Assembly: GCA_951406725.2 (NCBI GenBank)
Contig: OX597826.1
Location: forward strand, 372,001-436,000
From: Octopus vulgaris
Taxonomy: Eukaryota
Direction of reading: 5' to 3'
DNA length: 64,000 nucleotides
Shown here piece by piece: positions 36,682-64,000 of this stretch. The notes beneath the pieces are model-generated. The model did not search any database and was not told the DNA's origin. It saw only the letters and a list, made by a program, of their open reading frames with translations. Both the position numbers and the translations under genes were made by a program. How positions within the stretch are numbered: position 1 is the stretch's first letter; each line of letters opens with the position of its first letter.

Positions 36682-36798
36682 GGCGCAGGAGTGGCTTTGT
36701 GGTAAGTAACTTCCTTACTTGGGCAAGTGTCTTCTACTGTTGCCTCGGGCAGACCAAAGCCCTGTGAGTGGATTTGGTAGGCGGAAACTGAAAGAAGC

Positions 36799-36836
<38 letters not shown>

Positions 36837-37055
36837 TATGTGTGTGTATGTTTGTGTGTCTGTGTTTGTACCACTAGCATTGCTTGACAACCGATGTTGG
36901 TGTGTTCATGTCCTCATCACTTAGCGGTTCGGCAAAATAGACGGATAGAATAAGTATTAGGCTTGCAAAGAATAAGTCCCGGTGCCGATTTACTCGACTA
37001 AAGGCGGTACTACAGCATGGCCGCAATGAAATGACTGAAACAAGTAAAAGAGTAA
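36682..37055 (+). mobile_element. Abundant octopus-type SINE family A (other copies at about 3317..3465, 4220..4372, 4610..5038, 7311..7810, 12935..13085, 13305..13697, 25925..26070, 26850..27170, 51140..51595, 53625..53830)
   Basis: Shared core CACCTTGGGCAAGTGTCTTCTACTATAGCCTCGGGCCGACCAAAGCCTTGTGAGTGGATTTGGTAGACGGAAACTGAAAGAAGCCC, an internal (TA)/(TG) tract and a CAGCATGGCCGC tail. Confidence 0.85.
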
Positions 37056-37189
37056 TGACAGATATTTCCAACATGTAAAGCGACCATGTAGATGTTTGCT
37101 CTCTTTATCTCGGGCAATACTTTGTAGATTTGTGCATGGGAGCAGTTGCCTTAAGGCATTGGCAGTTGCTCAGAGGCACCGCGAGACGA

Positions 37190-37617
37190 GGGGTCCAATA
37201 CAGACCTATGTTGAGGGTTGCTCTCAATATATGATTTGCTCAGGAGCCTTGGGTCTAGGGGTCCAATTCAGACCTATGTATGTTGTGGCTTGCTCTCAAT
37301 ATATAAATAATATAGGACACAGTGAACCTATTTGCTCAGGGGCTTCGGGCCTAGGGGTCCAATTCAGTCCTATGTATGTTGTGGCTTGCTCTCAGAATAT
37401 AAATAATATAGGGCCTAGTGAAATGATTTGCTCAGGAGCCTTGGGTATAGGGGTCCAATTCAGACCTATGTATGTTGTAGTTTGCTCTCAATATATAAAT
37501 ACTATAGTGCCCAGTGAACTGATTTGCACAGGGACTTCGGGTCTAGGGTTCCAATTCAGATCTCTGTATGTTAAGGCTTGCACTCAAGATATAAATTATA
37601 TAGGCCCCAGTGAACTG
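37190..37617 (+). repeat. 96-bp minisatellite, resuming at about 41820..41950 after the Tx1-like insert
   Basis: GGTCTAGGGGTCCAATTCAG recurs at 37252, 37348, 37444 and 37540. Confidence 0.9.
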
Positions 37618-40600
37618 CGGGGGTGGGATCTGAACTCTTGTACTCGTAGAGAGGAAAAAAGGGAAAAACCATTATAGGTTTCCCGTTTCTGGGGATTACA
37701 AAATAATTTTTGGCGTGAAATTTCGACCGTTGAAGGCCATGTTGTTGCGTGTCACCCCCGCAGGGGGTGAGATTCGAACTGTTACCCTAGTCGACGGGAA
37801 AAAAAATATATAAAAAAATAAGGAAAAAAACACATAGGGTTCCCGTTTCTGGGAATTACCAATTAATTTTTGTGTGTGAAATTTTGCCGTTGAAGGCTCT
37901 GTTATTGCGCCTCGCCCCCCTGCGGGGGTGGGATCTGGAATGTCATCCTCGTCGAGTTTCCCGTCTTTTGGGATTCCATTTTGTGCAAAAATGTCTGTCG
38001 AAGTTATTTCGAAAACACTTTCACTGGATGAGCCAATTAAGAAATTCTCTGCAGTTGCCGCAGTGGCAACGGAAAATGTCGAATTACAGAAAGGAAAGCT
38101 CCCAGAGCTTTTTGGAAGAATGAAAGAGGAGGGGGTAATATAAAAATATCACCCTCACCTAGTGTGGAAACATTTAAAAGAATTACAGTTGTTTTTAAAA
38201 CATACTGTCCATCAACTAAAAAATTCAAACACTTTGAAAAGTGTACAATTGAAAAATGTCTGGCTCCAATGTGGAAAGACATTAAGTACATAGCGAGAGG
38301 CCGGACATATGGCACGATAGAGGCCAGATTCGAAAGAGAAACAAAAGCCAAAGAGTCCTCGGTGAGTCCCTTGAAAACGAAGGACTTGGTGCTTCTGCCG
38401 ACCTAAATGGGAAGATGAACTGCGCGTGTTAGGGTGGCAGAAGTACCACCTGAAATTGACGCAAGGGAGGTGAATGCCGCCTTGTTGTATAACAGGATGG
38501 ACAAAATCCCCTTCCTTCAGATAACATGCTCTGCCTCACAAAATTGGCTCGGGCAGAGCATTTCTGCCATTATTCAGGGGACTCCGGAGGATATTGCAAT
38601 GCTTCCGGAAGGAGTACTCTCGGGGGAGGATATCGTCCTCAAAATACAAGTGGAGGGAAAGAAGCAAACATTCTATGAATGTGGCAAAAAAGGTCACATT
38701 CGTAAAAATTGCGAACAGTAGATAAGAAAAGTTACACAGACACCAGGCCCCTCAAATACAAAAACAGACCCCAAACCCGCACATACATTAGCCCCTACAG
38801 AAACAAATATTCCCGCTTCCCCATCTGTAGTGCCCAACCCCAAACATGATACCCAAAAGCCCCAGCCCATGCACACAACAGTCCCGACAACAAAAACACC
38901 CACCCCCTCTGAAGTGGCACCAGAACGTGTAGCTCCCCCGGACAACACCATGGAGGTGGTCGAGGAGGAGTTCACAACAGTAGTTCGGAAACGAATACGC
39001 ACACCTTCCCCATCCACATCCCCCGCAAAAGAAAAGAAAAAAGAAAACACTGTACCACAAACAATAAAACGACCCCGGCCCATTGTCCCAAAAGAAAAGG
39101 ATAAAAAGAATGACAATGAAACAAAAGCTCTTATAAAATATGATACCAGAAACAAATATATAGCAGACATCGTAACAAAACACTGCACTGCCACGCTGTT
39201 CGAACAGTACAAGGAATTGAGGGAGAGGTGTGCATGGATAGGAGAAAAACTTTACAAGGAACTGAAAGATAGGCATCCAGAGGCTATCAAAAGCATCCTG
39301 GACCTTCCAGGTTATATGAAGGAGGAGGAGAAAAGGGCTGCCCCACGTGTTGTGAGGTCAGCTCCAACATCACCAGTCAAGGGTAAGTGTTTTTTTCCCT
39401 GATTATGGCGACACTTAATCTTGGGTGTTTGAATGTGCGTGGTCTGAGCTCGAAGTGAAAGCAAGCTTGTTTCCTCGACGACCCCAGACAACACGATATG
39501 CATGTGATGGTTGCTACAGAGACCAACCTGGACAGTCTACAAACCTTCTCACCCCTTCTGAATGACTATGAGAAAATCATGTCTCCTAGCCAGACCAGAG
39601 GGAGAGGGGGTGTAGCAGTACTGGTTCGAAAAGGCTTGGCCTTGCAGACAATTACAGTCTATGTAGACCCAGAAGGTGGGCTGGTCGTCCTTGATGTGAC
39701 ATACAGCAGTAAGGCCTTCAGGTTGATCGGGATTATTGCACCGTGTGCTAGAGGATTTCAAACTGATTTTTATCGGCACCTAGAGAACTTTCTCGTGACG
39801 TCGAAGTCATTAGCGGTGTTAGGAGACTATAACGCTATCGTTGACGCACGCATCGGTAGCGTTGGCTCGATCTATAGGAAAGTGAAATCACGTCTCGTAG
39901 ATCTGCTTAAACGTATTCAGCTGGAAGATCGTTACAGACTTGACCATCCGAACGTCCCAAAGTGGACCTGGATGACTGGCGACGGAAGGTTCAAGTCTTC
40001 TTTAGATAGGATAGTGATAAGAACTAGAGATTAGTCTAGTTTTAGCTGTCCACAACTTGTCCAAGTAGCTTACACTGACCATAAAATGGTTAAGTGTAGA
40101 CTGGACATAGATAGTACAGTTAAGAGAGGATCCGGTTACTGGAAACTGAACAAGTCTATTTTGACTTGTGAGGCATACCGTAGTCGATTGAGAAATTAGT
40201 GCAGAGGGCGTTAACCGGCGCGGTGGTTAATAACCGATGGTGGTTCGCCCTCAAGAGAGCCATTCGTTTTGAGTCTGTTAGGTTTAGCCGTCAGCTAAGA
40301 CTAGATAAGGCCAGAATAGAAGGGCAACTAGTTAAGGGCCTAGAGAAGACGTTGAGATTGAGCTCTACATCTCACATTCTGGCAGCGAGAACGGCCTTGG
40401 ACCGTCACCTCAAAGCCAAACATGAGGGGTGCAAAGTTCGGGCTAAGGTGCGCGCATTGGGCCGTGATGGAATTAATGTTGTCGGATGGCCCTTGGTGTC
40501 TTCCTGTCTGGCGGCCCGAGGAGGTGATCGAGGTACGGGGCGAATGCCCCCGGGGAGAAGTCGCCGAGTCTCGATGGTCTGCCTTACGAATTTTACAAAA

Positions 40601-41820
40601 CTATGCCAGACTTGTTCGGGCACTTGCTGGCCAGCGTCTACGCCAATTGGCAGCAGAATGGGAGAATTCCCAAGTCTGCGAGCCGAGGGGTGGTGACGTT
40701 GATCAAGAAGGACCTGAGTAAGGGGGACGAGATAGGGAACTTCAGGCCCATAACTCTGCTGAACACGGAGTTAAAGATTTTGGCCAAGGTGCTATCGAAT
40801 AGGTTGGCGCGGCTCGTGGGCAAACTTGTCGGGGAAGCGCAATAGCGCGCTATCCCGGGCAGGACGATCCACGACAATCTCCACCTTATACGCTACTCCT
40901 TCGAGAGGGTGGGGAAGCTCTCTGGCGCAAGGGGGGGGGCACTGATACATTTAGACCAGTCTAAGGCATTCGATAGGGTCGACCATCGGTACTTGGCGGC
41001 GGTCTTCGTTGAGGCTGGCCTGGGCCCGACCTTCCGCGGTTGGATTGCTGCATTGTACAGCGACATCGATTCCGTCTTAAAAGTGAATGGTTTCCTTTCG
41101 AAGCAATTCAGGATCGAGTGCTCAGTGCGCCAGAGATGTCCCGTGACCCCGCTTTTGTATGTATTGGCTCTCGAGCCATTATTGCGGAAGTTGGAGGCAC
41201 TAGGGGGCGCACCGCATGATCTATTGTGCGGAAGAGGAGCTACGGCGTATGCGGATGACATCTCCATCATCGTGGCGGATGAGGGCCAGCTTCCAGTGGC
41301 GGAAGAGGCTATCAAACGTTAGGAGACGGTGGCTGGAGCAAAGGTTAACAAGGACAAGTCAATTGGTTTGCAGCTCGGCACCTGGAGGGGCAAGCTGATG
41401 CCGTCCGATAACGTCGTGGGGCGTTGGACGGAAGGTCCTGTTAAGCTGCTCGAAGTCTGGTTCGGGCCAGACCTCCGGATAGAGAAAAATTGGAGTGAGG
41501 TGGCCAGCAAGGAGACTGCTCTAACCCAGACCTTGTCTGGGCGAGCGTTATCCTTGCTAGGAAAGGTGGTGGTGGTGCAGATGTTTATAGCATCGGTTAT
41601 CACCTACCGTCTGGCCGTGGTGTCTTACCCCGATTTGTGGCTGAACAAGTTGGAGAGAATTTTTTCCGCTTTTTGTGGAAAGGAGGAAAGCCACTCGTGA
41701 AGCGCTCTGTCTGCTGTCAGGAACCGCTAAAGGGTGGGCTAGGGATGCCTTGGCTGAGAATGCGAAAATTCGCGTGAAGGTTGAGGTACCTCTGGCTTTA
41801 CCTGGATGCAGAGCAGGTGT
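37617..41820 (+). mobile_element. Tx1/L1-clade LINE: repetitive 5' UTR, gag-like ORF1, APE-RT ORF2; decayed and 3'-truncated
   Basis: ORF1 with FYECGKKGHIRKNC knuckle ends at 39402. ORF2 starts at ATG 39405 (LNVRGL, ETN, GDYN, LDR, TDH, YWKLN, NFRPITLLN, DQSKAFD, YADD). Many stops and deletions. Confidence 0.88.
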
Positions 41821-43724
41821 GGTCTCGGGTTGCAATTTAGATATCTGTATGTTAAGGCTTGCAATCAAGATATAAATTATATAGGCCCCAGTGAACTGTT
41901 TTCCCAGGGGCCTCAAGTGTCTAGAGGTCCAACTCAGATCTATGTATGCTGTACCTTACTGTCAATAAATAAATACTCTAAGGCTTCCACATATTTTCGT
42001 CTACCAAATTCATTCAAAAGGCGTTTGTCGGGCCGAGGTTATAGTAGAAGACTACATCTTAAGGTGTGCGGCGCAGTATGGGGAAAAGATTTCAAAGGTA
42101 AGAATTATTAATAAATTTATAATTTAGGGTATCTAAGAGATACCGCCACGCTGGAAATAGCAGCAAAAATCTGACTCTAAAACTACATTAAATATTCATA
42201 GAGCACCAGGAGATAAGACAAACTGACAACATAAACTAGCAAAAAATTACTGGATCCAGTGATAGCAGTAGTGGTAATGGTGGTGGTGGTAGTATTTTTT
42301 GTTGTTGTTGTTTAAACTCATTTCAACCGTGTTTGGCCAGATCTGTGATCAAAATGTTTCCAACCATGACTGTCTTGTCTTTTCCTCCCTGACACTAAGT
42401 ACCTTATCATTGTATCCATTATCCAATGCATCTTCCCTCTTCTTTAAAGACAGTAAACTTTGATTTTGATACCTTACCACGCTTATTTCACTCACCTACC
42501 CCTTCCCCATACTCTATCCCTTGCACCTCTCCCTCCCTTCCCCCCCTCTGGACTGCAACCCACCATTCTACCCACCTTCCATTTTGCTTCACCGAAATCA
42601 ACGCCGTCTTTTCACTTAACACACTTTGCCTTTCTTCCTTTCTATCTGCTGTTGACGAAGGAATATTGTCTTCTCTGGAACTTTCCCACGGTGTTGTCCG
42701 GAAAGTTCATGCCGACTTATAGTAGCTTACTTTTCGACTTATTTTAGAACATGGTTGAGTCCATAAAATAGGATTTGACCACAACCTCCATTTAGAGCAC
42801 AGTTTAAGCTATCTTTTCGTGGAAGAAGGTTTATGTTCCTATAATCTGTGTTAATTCTGTAACTTTTTAAAATGGAAAATAAGAAAGTTCATCTTCGGCA
42901 CTTGATGCTTTGGAAACCAGACAAAAAATTACTGCACTCGGTTGGAATGTGTTACTCCAGCCTCCATATTCACCAGATATTGCTCCTTCGGATTTCCACT
43001 TATTCAGGTCTCTGCAGAATAGTCTTAATGGTAAAAATTTCAATTCCTTGGATGACGTAATATGACACCTTGATGAATTCTTTGCCATGAAACCACCCCA
43101 ATTCTGGGAAGAGGGTATTTTCAAGTTAAAGAAAAGATGGAGACCCATTGTGAAACAAAAGGGTTTATATTTGGTTGATTAAAAATTCAATGGCAAGTAT
43201 TTATTGTTTATCCTTCTTTTTTATTTGGGGCAAGATGGCGAGATTGCTGGGGTGGGGTTCCATGTTACAAGAGTCGGGTATTTAGTTCCTGGCCCAGGCC
43301 ACTTGGCAGTAGGTAAATGTCAAGTTCCTTTATTCCTTCCTAAGCGTTAAATTAACCAGTTAGTAGCGTTTGTTGTTTTCGTGTTAACTTATAGAATACA
43401 CACACACGCACACACACTCACACACACACACATATATATGTATATACATGTATACATACATACACACACACATACATATACATATGCAAATACAAATAAC
43501 CACGCCCACACACACACAAATACACGCTCACAGGCATACATAAATACATGCATATATATTCATACGTTCACATGGGAATTTGCAAACCTGTTTTTGTCTC
43601 TGTGCACGATTGTTTGCGCATTTGTGTGTGCGCCCATGCCTATATATATGTGTAACTGCCTTGTTTGTATTCGGTGGAAGAGCCACACCTACAACAGTCA
43701 GGGCTGAAAATTACTTAGAAAGGA

Positions 43725-43918
43725 AGAAAATAAAAAGTGTTGCCGTCTTCTAACCTAACAATTCGCTTCAGTTACATCGGCTGACAACTACACTTGAAGG
43801 AGCAACAGTTTTGCGTCCAGTCAAAAGAAAAAACAAAACTATCCTATAGTCTTAAAAATAATCAGCGTTCGGCGTTAATTTTCCTACATACAGTAAGAAA
43901 ACTAAAAATCTTACCACC
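43725..43918 (+). promoter_or_regulatory. Putative core promoter / 5' UTR (paralog at about 15395..15588)
   Basis: Non-repeat sequence upstream of the ATG with Inr-like TCAGTT (43768..43773; 15438..15443) and an A-rich ATAAAAAG about 35-40 nt upstream. TSS is inferred only. Confidence 0.35.
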
Positions 43919-62019
<18,101 letters not shown>

Positions 62020-62179
62020 AATTTTTATTATGATATTCATAAAATTGATAAATATATGTTGATTTAAAAGTTGTAAACTTGCTTTCTAAATGAATGTACG
62101 AGTTCAAAGAGTACAAATTCTTGTTGTCTTAATTGTATATTGATATGCAAATTATAATTTGAGCTGCCCTAAACTTTGA

Positions 62180-62185
62180 AATAAA
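62180..62185 (+). terminator. Polyadenylation signal of the intact gene
   Basis: AATAAA 160 nt after the stop, followed by a GT/T-rich stretch; same position in the paralog. Confidence 0.6.
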
Positions 62186-62622
62186 GTAAAATTTATTACA
62201 ATAATACTTAGTTTCGTTTCATTAGGTTCCGTGGATCTCAATGTTTTACGACATAAAGACAGAGAGACATACATATAAATACATGCTTACATGCACTAAT
62301 CTTGAGAAATCATGGTTCTGAAAATCAGAAAGGAGAAACCCAATTAGAAGACTACAGTTATATGCCACCAATGGAACTGTCAAATGATGTAAAAAAAATT
62401 CCCAACGTACATATGCACTTATATAGACACGCGAATATACGTATGAGCATACATTCAGAAAACGAAACACACGCCTTTACATGCATTCACTTCAAATATT
62501 TGCACATATTCACGCATACATGCAAAAACTATATTCTCGGTATTGTTGAAATTCTAAGGAAGCCTTGTATCTTGAGTAGAAATCGGGTCTTTCTCCACTG
62601 CCAAGAAATCCAGACATAAAAC

Positions 62623-62680
<58 letters not shown>

Positions 62681-62694
62681 ATATATATACACAC

Positions 62695-62725
<31 letters not shown>

Positions 62726-62747
62726 CATATATATATATATATGTTTA

Positions 62748-62786
<39 letters not shown>

Positions 62787-62834
62787 AAAAAAGTCAAGAT
62801 AGAAAATGCTAACATAATTTTATACAAAACATTT

Positions 62835-62870
62835 CAGTACCGGTTTCAGTCATTGAGACTTTTTCAGCTG
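62835..62870 (-). ncRNA. Minimal type I hammerhead motif (variant core)
   Basis: CAG-CTGAAAA-AGTC-TCAAT-GACT-GAAA-CCGG-TA-CTG: all three stems pair; GUA site. Confidence 0.7.
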
Positions 62871-63214
62871 TAACAATTAAATAATTAAAAGAAAAGTTTT
62901 TTAAAAGAATATTTGTATAGTGTTCAAATACAAGTGGCATTTTCCTTGTTTCTGCCTGTCTCTGTCTCTCTTGTATACTCTTGTGAGTTGGAAGTTCTTG
63001 TGAATTCTTGGTAAGGAAGAAGAAGAAGAAAATGAAGGAGGAGGAGGAGGAGGGGAGGAGAAGGGGAAGATGAATAATAATTTGGGAGTGCCTTGATAGT
63101 AGGATTTTGAATGGCCAGTGGATGGTAGCAGTCCCTGTTGAATTCATGAAATTATTTCTTTAGAATGTTTTGTTTATAGAATTTGCGTAGGTGTTATTCT
63201 AAAAAGCGCATATA

Positions 63215-63349
<135 letters not shown>

Positions 63350-63749
63350 AGATATATATGTATGTATATAATGCAACTGAAGATCTTGTCGAAATTTCTA
63401 ACGTTTTTTTTTCTAAAAACTGAAACTTGAAAGGGCATTTACAAAAATATGAGTCTCGAAATAACAGCCACATCTCCAACAAACTCCATTGACACAGCCA
63501 CATACCTCTGTATGTGATGCACATACAACACGAATTTGTTGAAAATATGAAAGTAATTTCATGTTACATACCGTTGGAATTTATAGGGAATAAAGCTCGC
63601 AGTTATCTTTTCCGTGATCCTTCTCTCTCGGTGTCGGAAAATGAAACAATTTTAGTGTGCATGCACGATATCTGAAAGGAAAATCAGTTGTCCCCACAAA
63701 AATATGAACACTTAATTCCAACTTTCCCTACCACACAGTATTATTTATA

Positions 63750-64000
63750 GATAATGAAATTATTGTATACAGTGCTCAGGTACACCACAACTTGTCAAAA
63801 GTGCGTATAAAGAATATGCAGTAACGTCCAAATGTCTGGGAAAGGAACAGTGTATGTGTCAGAGACATGCTTTCGTGTGTATGGAGGGGAGAAAATCAGG
63901 TGTAGTGTTGGCGAATCTCTGGAAGCAAGGACATTTTAAGGATGCAGTGTTCCGACAGCTAACAACTGATGCCGGCAGTTTGTTCCATGCTTCAGCAACT
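63750..64000 (-). mobile_element. CR1-like LINE 3' end running out of the window
   Basis: Minus strand reads VAEAWNKLPASVVSC, a typical CR1 C-terminal motif, followed by 3' UTR. Confidence 0.65.

Noticed and set aside
37096-37677. 193-aa repetitive ORF and CRISPR-like periodicity
   Set aside because: It is a 96-bp (multiple of 3) minisatellite with no unique spacers and no cas genes, in a eukaryotic context.

Overview
AT-rich, repeat-dense animal genomic DNA, very probably octopus. That assignment is inferred from the SINE families and the extreme (TA)n/(CA)n/(TAA)n density. Almost all long ORFs in the track are retrotransposon relics (R4/Dong-type RLE LINEs, CR1-like, Tx1/L1-like, Penelope-like) or microsatellite artefacts. 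Among the repeats is one intact 4-exon host gene that the ORF track does not call: join(43919..43955,49581..49686,53870..53991,61937..62019) on +. It encodes a 115-aa protein with a signal peptide, six mature Cys (C-x7-C-x17-C-x8-C-x7-C-x19-C, a neuritin/RGM-N-like spacing) and a GPI-signal-like C-terminus. The gene lies in a tandem segmental duplication. An upstream paralog contributes an identical last exon (1761..1843), and a middle copy keeps only exon 1 (15589..15625) after an inversion and deletions. Other notable structure: two different Dong-type LINEs in the same paralogous (TAA)n tract, four minimal hammerhead ribozyme motifs in Penelope-like or small non-coding inserts, and a fold-back DNA element carrying telomere-type repeats whose empty sites are in the window. 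All calls were made by eye without database searches, and repeat boundaries are approximate.
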